A program made the translations under genes and the position numbers. A stretch of 64,000 nucleotides of DNA, from assembly GCA_951406725.2 (NCBI GenBank), contig OX597818.1:51522001-51586000 (forward strand). The letters are read 5' to 3'. Of this stretch, positions 43,155 through 54,833 are shown in pieces. How positions within the stretch are numbered: position 1 is the first letter of the stretch; each line of letters begins with the position of its first letter. A model generated the notes under the pieces. That model saw only the letters and a program-made list of their open reading frames with translations, did not search any database and was not told where the DNA came from. The stretch is from Octopus vulgaris (lineage: Eukaryota).

Positions 43155-43199
43155 ACACACACACACAAAACAAAAAATATGTGAACACAAAGTGTATAT

Positions 43200-43965
43200 G
43201 CTTCGGGTTTAAAAAAGTAGCATTCTTTCGATATAACTCGACAAAATCAAAACACTTCACTTCGGGTATTTCCGTGGAAGCAAATGAGGGTTCGATTCTG
43301 TTTTATGCTTGGGAATTTGCAGATTTTGCATACACATATAAAACAGGTAAGAACAAATACGCAAGGGAATCTTTTCGGTTTGAACGGCAGTTTTTAACAT
43401 AATTTCTAGGAAACTAAAAAAATTTAAACTTCGTATACTGGTAGAATGTGTTTATAAAACATCTTTTTCTTTTGGCTTTATTGAGAAAATTCTTAGTTTG
43501 TAAGATATTTGTTGTTTTTTTTCTTCAATTTCTGCAATTTCAACCAATCAATGACGTTTATTGAGTTGAAAACATTCTATGCCGTATGAATATGTCCCTC
43601 GTTTAAGAAACAGATTGGGTTTATTTACATTTCTGAAGAAAAAAAGATACCCTTTCTCCCACCCCTAACCCTAACCCTAACCCTAACCCTAACTAACCCT
43701 AACCCTAAAACAGATTGAAATGCAATAGATCGATACTAGGGTCATAATTATGGGTGACAATTTCATATGACACCGCTAGAAAAAACTGCCGTTCAAACCG
43801 AAAAGATCCACGCAAGGATTTTTTTTCTTCAAGTTTAAAATTGAGACATTGCTGGCATAATTTCGTTATATCTACTATACTCCACAACCCACGGAAATAC
43901 CCGAAGTGAAATGCCTCTACCTTGTCGAGCTATATCGAAGGAATGCCAAAAAAAATTTCGAACTT
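43200..43965. mobile_element. older foldback element hosting MITE copy 2
   Basis: ttcacttcgggtatttccgtgg (~43256) is inverted at ~43889; gcattctttcgatataactcgacaa is inverted at ~43922-43947. Confidence 0.65.
43367..43809. mobile_element. MITE with internal (TAACCC)n, copy 2
   Basis: Same TIR; TSD acgcaagg. Confidence 0.9.
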
Positions 43966-44195
43966 GGTGCTAAATATATTTTTTAAAACTCAGAAAACCC
44001 ACAAAAGAACGAAAAAAAAGTAGAAAAAAATATAAGCGAAAGACAAGCCTCTATAGTAAATGACTAAGTAAAAAATGTGCTAAGAATGAGCAATCTGTTA
44101 AGCAGCTAATCTGAACAGCCTCTAATTGACAGCTTTCTAAAAATCAGCATTTATCAGCGTTTAGTACGTATAACTTGACGAGCGCTTGACAAGTG

Positions 44196-44267
44196 GGTCT
44201 CATGGTGTAATGGTTAGCACTCTGGACTCTGAATCCAGCGATCCGAGTTCGAGTCTCGGTGAGACCT
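44196..44267 (+). tRNA. tRNA-Gln(CTG)
   Basis: Intact 72 nt, anticodon loop CTCTGAA. Confidence 0.95.
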
Positions 44268-44528
44268 TATATGCTTTTGCACTCTTGATGTTTTTTCTTT
44301 TTTCTTTTTAAATCTACCGTGTATGTAAATGCGTATATTTACATATCGCTATGTTTATTGTACTCTATATTTTCGTTGTAAAATTGAGGTGGTTAAGAAA
44401 CTTTCATTGTAACCACGTTGATTCGGGTTCAGTCCCACTGTGTTGCATGTCGGGTCTTCTGCTATCGCCCCGGCTCAACCGCTATCTTGTGAGTGAATTT
44501 TGTAGACGGAAACTAGAAGCTTGCCCTA

Positions 44529-44665
<137 letters not shown>

Positions 44666-44729
44666 GTCTGTCTGTCTGTCTGTCTGTCTGCCTGTCTGCC
44701 TGCCTGTCCGTCCGTCCGTCCGTCCGTCC

Positions 44730-44765
<36 letters not shown>

Positions 44766-45119
44766 TTCTCTCTCTCTATCTATCTGTATATATTAATTTA
44801 ACCATAAAGTCCATTCGGTTTTTGTTGGCCCTTTACTTACTCCAAAAGGTAGCAAACTTCAGCTTGTCCCTTGCGCATGCGTACTCATTAGATACTCGAC
44901 ACTGCAACGTATTCGACGCGAACTTGCGACGGGACAGGTTGTGCTTAGTGAAAATGGGGAACCAGATGACACCTCATGCTTTTTCATTTTACAGAGGTAA
45001 AAAAGTGACAGAAACCCGCCGGAAGACATCGTTTTGTGTTCATAGAAGAATGCTGTTACAGAACGAATTTTCAATAAGTGGTTTTCAAGATTTCGATCCG
45101 GCCAATTAAAATTAACAGC

Positions 45120-45550
45120 GGATCTTTTCGGTTTGAACGGCAGTTTTTTCTAGCGGTGTCATATGAAATTGTCACCCATAATTATGACCCCAGTATCGAT
45201 CTATTGCATTTCAATCTGTTTTCGGGTTAGGGTTAGTTAGGGTTAGGGTTAGGGGTGGGGGGAAGGGTATCTTTTTTCTTCACAAATGTAAATAAACCCA
45301 ATCTGTTTCTTGAACGAGGGACATATTCATACGGCACAGAATGTTTCACCTCAATAGACGTCATTGATTGGTTGAAATTGCAGAAATTGAAGAAAAAAAA
45401 CAACAAATATCTTACAAACTATAGAATTTTCTCAATAAATCTAAGATAAGAAGATGTTTTATAAACACATTCTACCAGTATACGAAGTTTAAAAGTGTTT
45501 AGTTATGTGGAAATTATTTTAAAAAACTGCCGGTCAAACCGAAAAGATCC
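45120..45550. mobile_element. MITE with internal (TTAGGG)n, copy 3
   Basis: Same TIR; TSD ttaacagc. Confidence 0.9.
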
Positions 45551-45883
45551 TTAACAGCATCATCAACGGCAATTATATTGACCACGATGGTTGCAGATAT
45601 TCCCCAAATATCTAAATCGATGTTGAAACTATCTACATCAGCTTCGTTCCTTCAGAAGGCTCGATGTTTGGTTTCCACAATAACTAAATGACGCTAACCT
45701 CACCCAGCGAATTTCCTCTCTTCTTCTCCTGCACTTCCATCAGGCTGGATAACCATGTATTTCCTTTGCGGTAGCGTATCTGTTTCTGTCTTCATTTCTG
45801 ATCTCTCTCTCTCTTTCTCTCTCTCTTTCTTTCTCTCTCTTTTTCTTTCTCTCTTTCTTTCTTTCTCTCTCTCTTTCTCTATT

Positions 45884-45925
<42 letters not shown>

Positions 45926-46049
45926 GCAGCTGAGTAACCTTGTACCTCCTCTACAGCAAGACACCTGTTTCTGTCTCTCTGTTTCACTCTAACCTTTCAT
46001 CATCCTACACAAGATCACATCCTTCAATGCCCTCTCTCCTCTTGAAAGT

Positions 46050-46380
46050 TGTTTTTTGTCTTGCAAGGTACTTGGTGACCCTGTCAGTGCAGGTGCCACT
46101 TAAAAGCACCCAGTCCACACTGTAAAGTGGTTGGCGTTTGGGAGGGCATCCAGCTGTAAAAAATATTGCCAAAACTGACCTCATCTGTGCTTGTGCCACG
46201 TAAAAAGCTCTAAGTCCACTCTGCTGAGTGGTTGGTCATAGGAAGGGCATCCAGCTGTAAAAATCCTGCCAAAACAATTACAGATGTCTGGTGCAGGCTT
46301 CTGCCTTGCTGGCTCCTGTCAAACCATCCAACCCATGCTAGCATGGAAGGCGGACGTTAAACGATGATGAAGATGATGAT
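46050..46380 (+). mobile_element. SINE remnant with duplicated central domain and (GAT)n tail
   Basis: Two copies of ggttgg..agggcatccagctgtaaaa; ends ggacgttaaacgatgatga. Confidence 0.6.
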
Positions 46381-47085
46381 TCGTTGCAGAAACGCGAAGA
46401 AAACGATCCTCTTTTGAAGAGAATAGTGACAGGGGAGGGAAAATGGATCGTCTATAACAATGTCAAGCGCAAATGATGATGGGAGAAACTCAGCAAGCCA
46501 TCACAAACAATCTCCAATGTAGGACTTCACTTGAAGAAGGTTATATTTTTAATTTGGTTGGATCGGACGGATGTTGTCTTTTATAGCTTCTTCTCAAGGA
46601 CAGGAATATCAGTCCGGATATGTAGTGTGACCAGTTGGCAAAGTAAATGTAGCGATCCACCAGAAACGTCCAGTACTTTCTAATCCCCAGGGCTTTGTAA
46701 TTCAATACGACAATATCAAACCGCACGCTTATTTACGGACGCGGTAGAAATTACTGGGGCTTCGCTAGGAATTTTTGCCCTAACCTCCATACTCGTCTAA
46801 CTGTGCTCCTTCGGACTTATATCAGTTTCGATCATCTCAAAATTCATTGAATGGACTGAACGTCACCTCTGAAGAGGATGATAAAAATTCACCAGGAAGA
46901 GTTTTTTTTGCCAATAAAGAAAGGAAATGCTTTGCGCAAGAAATAATCGATCTGCTCGCAAGATTGCAGAAAATACTGGAACGAAACGGTAATTATATCA
47001 TTGATTGAATAAATCAATTTGTGTTTAAAATTTGAGTCTTTTTTTTTTGCTTAAAAAATCGAGCGGACCTTCTGATCAACCCAGT
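46380..47085 (+). pseudogene. mariner transposase remnant
   Basis: LKRIVTGEGKWIVYNNVKRK and PYSSNCAPSDLYQFRSSQNSLNG are decayed IVTGDEKW and YSPDLAPSD motifs; TIR-like end ..aacccagta. Confidence 0.85.
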
Positions 47086-47639
47086 ATATGTGTATCTTTT
47101 ACTTGCTTCAGTCATTAGATTGCGGCCATGCTGGTGCACCGCTTTCAAGAATTTTTAGTCGAATGAACTGAACCCACCACTTATTTTTTTGTTAAGCCTG
47201 TACTTATTCTATCGGTCTCTCTGCCGAACCGCTAAGTTACAGTGGTTGTCAAGCGGTTTAGGGGACAAACACAAACAGAAAGATACACACGCACACACAA
47301 ACATATATATATACATATACATATAAACATACATTCATACACACATACATATATATATATATACACACACATATATATACATATATACATTCATACAAAC
47401 ACACACTCAAACATACACACACACATATATATAAGTATATATATGCATACACACACGCACACACACACACATATATATATGAATGAGTGGCTGTATAATA
47501 AGTAGCTTGCTTACCAACCACATGATTCCGGGTTCAGTCCCACTGCGTGGCACCTTGGGCAAGTGTCTTCTACTATAGCCTCGGGCCGACCAAAGCCTTG
47601 TGAATGATTTTGGTAGACGGAAACTGAAAGAAGCCCGTC

Positions 47640-47719
<80 letters not shown>

Positions 47720-48199
47720 ATATGTTTGTGTTTGTCCCCCCGACATCGATTGGCAACCGATGCTGGTGTGTTTACGCCCCCGTAACTTAGCGGTTCGGCA
47801 AAAAAGACTGATAGAAGAATTACTAGGCTTACAAAGAATAAGTCCCGGGGGTCGATTTGCTCGACCAAAGGCGGTGCTCCAGCATGGCCGCAGTCAAATA
47901 ACTGAAACAAGTAAAAGAGTAAAAGAGTATGTATATATATATATATATATACACAAAATCGGTCATTTTTGCAAACCGCTACTGCACTGTGACGTAACGA
48001 ACACCGTGTCACGCAGGTACTAACCCCAAAACATACACACACAATTACACACTTACACACACAGTCACATGCTTTTACACATGGCTATATATATCCGCTA
48101 ATCAGGTAATCTAATCGATTTGTAGTTATGCACCGGATGCCCTGTCAAATCAGCATTCATCAGCATATTCTACTTATATCGTCAGCGGGAGACGCCGTA

Positions 48200-48271
48200 G
48201 GTCTCATGGTGTAATGGTTAGCACTCTGGACTCTGAATCCAGCGATCCGAGTTCAAGTCTCGGTGAGACCT
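48200..48271 (+). tRNA. tRNA-Gln(CTG)
   Basis: Intact 72 nt, followed by a long oligo-T terminator. Confidence 0.95.
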
Positions 48272-48327
48272 CATGTGTTTTTTTTTTTTTGCATATACAC
48301 TTATTTTTAGTTTTTTAATCTGCTATA

Positions 48328-48571
48328 TAGTAATCCCTCGCCATATCGCGGTTCACCTATCACGGTTTATTATTTAAGCTTACGCCAATTCCTCTGTGGT
48401 GTCGTTTTGCATTTATAAGAAAATAAATATATACAAATTATGAAAATAATAACAATTTAAATAATAACAAATTATAAAAATAGAAATTATAAAAATAATA
48501 AAATTTTCACCTATCGCGAGGCCAAGGCGGGGTTTCGTGCGTAAATCCCGCGATAGTCGAGGGGGTTACTG
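48328..48571. mobile_element. Tc1/mariner-pogo type MITE
   Basis: agtaatccctcg..atcgcgg / cgcgatagtcgagggggttactg termini with TA flanks. Confidence 0.7.
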
Positions 48572-48588
48572 TATCTATACATATAGAC

Positions 48589-48789
48589 CAGTGCTTTTCA
48601 AACTTTTTGCTGGAGCGGAACCCCAAGGAAACATTCCACTGGCTCGAGGAACCCCTGTGTAATAATCTAATAGTCTTATGCACACATATCTGCATAGGAG
48701 AATTGAAAATTACTGCCGATTTTAGCAGTTTTGTAACTTCTTGCGGAACCCCTGGACTGTACTGGCGGAACCCTGGTTGAAAACCACTG
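48589..48789. mobile_element. hAT-type MITE
   Basis: TIRs cagtgcttttcaa/ttgaaaaccactg; perfect 8-bp TSD atatagac. Confidence 0.85.
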
Positions 48790-49420
48790 ATATAGACATA
48801 TCTAAAATTCAGGCTACATATGTTTTATAGATAGCAGAATCTACGCTATTATTTTTTTCATTGGTTTGTCATTTGACTGCGGCTATGCTGGAGCACCATC
48901 TTTAGTTGACCCCAGGACTTATTCTTTGCAAGCCTAATACTTGTTTTATCGGTCTCTTTGCCGAACTTCTAAGTTACGGGGACGTAAACACACCAATATC
49001 GGTTGTCAAGCGATGGTGAGGGGACAAACGTAGATACACAAACACACACACACACACACACACACACAAATAAACACACACACATACATACATATATACG
49101 ACGGGCTTCTTTCGGTTTCCGTCTTCTAAATCCACTCACAAGGCTTTGGTCGGCCCGAGGCTATAGTAGAAGACACTTGCTCAAGGTGCCACGCAGTAGG
49201 GCTGAACCCGGAACACTCCTGCGTCCCTTCCCTAATTTTTTATATTTATTTGCATACACAGCAACCACAGTTGGTAACCACGAACTATAAAATAAGCTTC
49301 TTTTCAGCTTATCGTATTTCGCTACGGGAAAAACTCACAACCTTCTGTTCCAATAAAACGCTATTGTTCCTGAAAGTTGTTTTTTTATATCTTCTATGGC
49401 CTGCTTGAAGTTTACTATTT

Positions 49421-49863
49421 GGATCTTTTCGGTTTGAACGGCAGTTTTTTAAAATAATCTCCTCGTAACTAAACACTTTTAAACTTCGTATACTGGTAGA
49501 AAGTGTTTATAAAACATCTTTTTCTCTTGGCCTTATTGAGAAAATTCTATAGTTTGTAAGATATTTGTTGTTTTTTTCCTTCAATTTCTGCAATTTCAAC
49601 CAATCAATGACGTCTATTGAGTTAAAAAGCATTCTGTGCCGTATGAATATGTCCCTCGTTTAAGAAACAGATTGGGTTTATTTACATTTCTGAAGAAAAA
49701 AGATACCCTTCCCCCCACCCTAACCCTAACCCTAACCCTAACTAACCCTAACCCTAACCTAAAACAGATTGAAATACAATATATCGATACTAGGGTCATA
49801 ATTATGGGTGACAATTTCATATGACACCGCTAGAAAAAACTGCCGTTCAAACCGAAAAGATCC
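49421..49863. mobile_element. MITE with internal (TAACCC)n, copy 4
   Basis: Same TIR; TSD tactattt/cactattt. Confidence 0.9.
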
Positions 49864-49934
49864 CACTATTTTCCTATACCTCAGATCTTACCTTTACCCC
49901 CCCCCCCCACACACACATATGTATATCTCTTTAC

Positions 49935-50035
49935 TCTTTTGTGAAGAACTATATGTGGGTCAGACTGGAAATGCACTATCAGAATGTTCACGTGTGCACC
50001 GACAGCAAATTAGAGACACAGATGCAACCATCTAG
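49935..50035 (+). pseudogene. GIY-YIG fragment, Penelope-like
   Basis: CEELYVGQTGNALSECSRVHRQQIRD. Confidence 0.55.
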
Positions 50036-50174
50036 AAATATGTGATCAGAAAATATTTATAATATTTCCATTCTACAAGTGAACTTGAGAGAAAAATCAC
50101 TGTTTACAAGTATCTTTTTAAAAATATTTTAATGTATCATATAGATGTAATTTTTGACGCTGAATCCGAATTTG

Positions 50175-50590
50175 GGATCTTTTCGGCTTGAACGGCAGTT
50201 TTTTCTAGCGGTGTCATATGAAATTGTCACCCATAATTATGACCCTAGTATCGATCTATTGCATTTCAATCTGTTTTAGGGTTAGGGTTAGGGGTGGGGG
50301 GAAGGGTCTCTTTTTTTCTTCAGAAATGTAAATAAACCCAATCTGTTTCTTAAACGAGGGACATATTCATATGGCACAGAATGTTTTCATCTCAATAGAC
50401 GTCATTGATTGGTTGAAATTGCAGAGATAGAAGAAAAAATACTACAAATATCTTTCAAACTATAGAATTTTCTCAATAAAGCCAAGAGAAAAAGATGTTT
50501 TATAAACACATTCTACCAGTATACGAAGTTTAAAAGTGTTTAGTTACGTGGAAATTATGTTAAAAACTGCCGTTCAAACCGAAAAAATCC
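50175..50590. mobile_element. MITE with internal (TTAGGG)n, copy 5
   Basis: Same TIR; TSD cgaatttg. Confidence 0.9.
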
Positions 50591-51157
50591 CGAATTTGTT
50601 GTTCATTTATTCTAAAAAGAAATTTGCAAAAATGTTACAGGTATTCAAATTTTGATAATATTCAGAATTTTTAGCCAATCAGAAAACAGCGCGCTCGCTG
50701 TCTCTTCCATCATCGGGGTGGGGGTGGGGTGCATCATCTTGTCAGAACATTGTTACTTCCCTTATGGCAGGTACACATACACTAACGCAGGCTTGAAACG
50801 CTGTTTGATTTTTCTTTTCAGCGTAGAATGTTCACCATCCTACTTCCATTGCACACCCACGCGCAAAAAAAAAAAAAAATTCAGCACGGGCATATGGCGT
50901 AGTGGTTAAGAGCGCGGGTTACTAACCCCAAGATTCCGAGTTCGATTTCAGGCAGTGACCAAGCAAAGAAAATTAATACAAAGAGTCACAAAACACGAGC
51001 AAAACAAAAAAACTGTTTTCGGTATTTAATGAAGCTGGCAAATACAAACAAGAAGTCATACTACCTAACAAAGAAGAAGAAGAAGAAGAAGAAGAAGCCA
51101 TAAAGCAGATGAAATCCAAACTAAAACTAGAGCAGGAACGGACCTCTTATATAGAGT

Positions 51158-51230
51158 GGGGAATTAGTTCAGATGGTAGAGCGCTCGCTTAGCATGCGAG
51201 AGGTACCGGGATCGATGCCCGGATTCTCCA
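51158..51230 (+). tRNA. tRNA-Ala(AGC), D-stem C>T variant
   Basis: GGGGAATTAGTTCAGATGG...TTAGCAT...ATTCTCCA; the change gives a wobble pair in the D stem. Confidence 0.85.
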
Positions 51231-51275
51231 ATAGCCGGTTGTTTAGGCTAAACCACCACCGCCACCACCACCACC

Positions 51276-51308
<33 letters not shown>

Positions 51309-52287
51309 TATAAAGGAGATGATAATGATGATGATGATAATTGAAATGTAAAAATACCTGGGAAATGTTGTTGACAACATTTCTAAAAAATAGCTCAACA
51401 ATTACTGCTTTGGCCAGGGTCAAAATACAGGTGTCTCTTGGCATGTTCAACAAACCGTGACACCTAAACCAATCACCAATCAACTTAAATAATTTGTTAC
51501 ATTCCGAGTTCAAATTCTGCCGAGGTCGACTTTGCCTTTCATCCTTTTGGGGTCGATTAAATAAGTACCAGTTACGCTCTGGGGTCGATATAATCGACTT
51601 AATCCGTTTGTCTCTCCTTGTTTGTCCTCTCTGTATAGCCCCTTGTGGGTAGTAAAGAAATAGGTATTTAGTCTCCCGTTACGTTCTGAGTTCAAATTCC
51701 ACCGAGGTCGACTTTACCTTTCATCCTTTTGGGGTCGATTAAATAAGTACCAGTTACGCTCTGGGGTCGATATAATCGACTTAATCCGTTTGTCTCTCCT
51801 TGTTTGTCCTCTCTCTGTATAGCCCCTTGTGGGTAGTAAAGAAATAGGTATTTAGTCTCCCGTTACGTTCTGAGTTCAAATTCCACCGAGGTCGACTTTA
51901 CCTTTCATCCTTTCGGGGTCGATAAATAAAGTACTAATTTCGCACTGTGGTCGATCTAATCGACTTACTCCGTTTGTCTGTCCTTGTTTGTCCCCTCTAT
52001 GTTTAGCCCCTGTGGGCAGTAAGGAGAAATATATTAATAATAATCCTTTTTACTATAGGCAAAAAGACCTAAAAGTTCTGGTAGACTAATCAATTATATT
52101 GACTCCAGTTAATAACTGGTACTTATTTTATTGACCCGAAAAGACTGATAGGCAAAGTCGACCTCGGCAACATGTCAACATAGAACGTAAAACCAGACAA
52201 AAACGCCACTAAACATTCTGTCCGGAACGGTAACGAGTCTGCAAGCTTAAAATTTATTACTATTATTAATACCCATAGTAAGAGAGT

Positions 52288-52360
52288 GGGGAATTAGCTC
52301 AGATGGTAGAGCGCTCGCTTAGCATGCGAGAGGTACCGGGATCGATGCCCGGATTCTCCA
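52288..52360 (+). tRNA. tRNA-Ala(AGC)
   Basis: Intact 73 nt, anticodon AGC, G3:U70. Confidence 0.95.
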
Positions 52361-53319
52361 ATAGCCGGTTGTTTAGGCTGAATCATTCTAATTTTTATTA
52401 CTTTTATACGTATTGTATTTGTGAGTGCACGCATGATATTCAGCGAGATATACGTTTGTATGTGTGACAGAACCAAGTCTATTCGTACATTAACCGGTGG
52501 CCACCACCATTGTTGAAATTTTGTCTCACTATTAACAATACCGAAAAAGGATCGAATGTATACGAAACAAGGACAGAAAAACGGACGACGCTACACGAAA
52601 AACAAAAAATAATACGAATATAAATAGAAAAAACAATAATAATAATAATAACAGGACAAAACGACAGGCGTCTTTCGACTTTAGACAGTTGAACTTAGCT
52701 GGCGTATTTGAAAAAATAATGCCTTATAAAGACGAAGAAAGCGGTGTTATCGTGGCACTGGTCAGAAGCGGAAAGGCTATAGCTAGCCAGCGGTCACGTG
52801 AGAAGAGAAGAGAGAGAGAGAAAAGGGGCAAAGGAATTAAAGAGAGGGAGAAGAGAGAGAAAAACAGGAACAAAGGTATTAAGGAGGGGGAGAAGAAAGA
52901 GAGCGTTCCAAGGATTGGCGGGACAAAAGAAAGACAGGGTCAGTGAAGTGCAAAGCAAGAAATGCACGCCAGCTAAGTTCAACTGTCTAAAGTCGAAAGA
53001 CGCCTGTCGTTTTGTCCTGTTATTATTATTATTATTATTGTTTTTTGTATTTATATTCGTATTATTTTTTGTTTTTTTTTGTATTTATATTCGTGTAGCG
53101 TCGTCCGTTTTTCTGTCCTTGTTTCGAATACATTCGATCCTTTTTCGGTATTGTTAATAGTAAAACAAAATTTCAACAATGGTGGTGGCCACGAATAGAC
53201 TTGGTTCTGTCACACATACAAACGTATATCTCGCTGAATAAGAACATGCGTGCACTCACAAATACAATACGTATAAAAGTAATAAAAATTGGAGTTGTTT
53301 AGCCTAAACAACCGGCTAT

Positions 53320-53392
53320 TGGAGAATCCGGGCATCGATCCCGGTACCTCTCGCATGCTAAGCGAGCGCTCTACCATCTGAGCTAATTCCCC
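53320..53392 (-). tRNA. tRNA-Ala(AGC)
   Basis: Intact; inverted copy of 52288-52360. Confidence 0.95.
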
Positions 53393-53456
53393 GCTCGTTT
53401 ACAATAGGCATTAATAATAGTAATAAACTTATATGTATAAACTTATATATGTATAG

Positions 53457-53576
<120 letters not shown>

Positions 53577-53687
53577 GGAGAGAGACATACTTACATGCAT
53601 GCATTTATACATACATACATACATACATACATACATACATACATACATACATACATACATGCATACATACATACATACAATATTGTA

Positions 53688-53820
53688 AACAATAACTCTC
53701 TACTTGAGTGGGCCATAGTGCCCAAATTCTGACTTGAAAGACTTCACCAGGTGGTGCTATTAAGTTAGACATGGCCTGGGCCAATAATGGCCGAAACCTA
53801 TCAAAGTATCAAAGTAAGTA
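53688..53820 (+). mobile_element. 3' tip of the same CR1/L2-group LINE
   Basis: caggtggtgctattaagttagacatggcctgg shared with ~22500-22530. Confidence 0.75.
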
Positions 53821-54798
53821 CATACATACATACATACATGCATGCATACATACATACATACATACATACATACATACATACATACATACATACATACATA
53901 CATACATAGAAGGAGTTTCTTTCAGTTTCCGAGGGTTTGATCAGCCCGAAGCTATGATAGAAGACACTGAACCCGCAACCAAGTGGTCGTGGTGGTGTTA
54001 CAAATAACATTAATTAAATTATATTATACATTCTACAAATGAATTCAGGAAAATCCTTCAAAAAAAAAAAATATCCAACGCTTAAACAAAATCATTAAGT
54101 AGTTAACTTTTCTTAAGGCCTTATAATCAAGATGGCGTTAACTTCCAATAACAAAACGTTGTGTTTTATTTTTTAAAATAGGCCCCTCTAATACACTGTT
54201 ATACAAATCTTTCAAAGAAATCGTGTGTATATTTTTCATATATTAGAAATCTATTTTTTTCTTCTGCAATTTCCCAATAAGTATTTTATCCAGAACATTA
54301 AATGCAATGCAATAAATATAGTTATATTATTTATCTCTATTCAATATAGTTGTTAAGTCTTAATATACTTCAACGAAGTAGCTTTTCTTAATTTTCGTTC
54401 ATTATCCACACAGGACAGTAAAAGCAGAGTAATAACTCATATTTTCACAGATATTTCAAAATAGATATCAGAATAAAAATACGATTATTAACTTCTCTTA
54501 TGATTTAAGTAACGATTTATATATTCATTATTGATATGTATATCGTTTATTGATTTACCACTCTCTCTCTTTACTCTTTTACTCTTTTACTTGTTTCAGT
54601 CATTTGACTGCGGCCATGCTGGAGCACCGCCTTTAGTCGAGCAACTCGACCCCGGGACTTATTCTTTGTAAGCCCAGTACTTATTCTATCGGTCTCTTTT
54701 TTGCCGAACCGCTAAGTGACGGGGACGTAAACACACCAGCATCGGTTGTCAAGCAATGCTAGGGGGACAAACACAGACACACAAACACAGACATGCAT

Positions 54799-54833
<35 letters not shown>

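Larger units (their letters stand above)
52288..53392. repeat. inverted repeat, ~420-bp arms, ~260-bp spacer
   Basis: ttagacagttgaacttagctggcgt (52681) is inverted at ~52966-52990; each arm ends in a tRNA-Ala(AGC). Confidence 0.92.

Noticed and set aside
43663-43707. (TAACCC)n as a telomere or chromosome-fusion relic
   Set aside because: Internal to a TSD-flanked MITE present five times
50887-50960. Additional tRNA gene
   Set aside because: A/B-box-like motifs but no proper acceptor stem; treated as a SINE head
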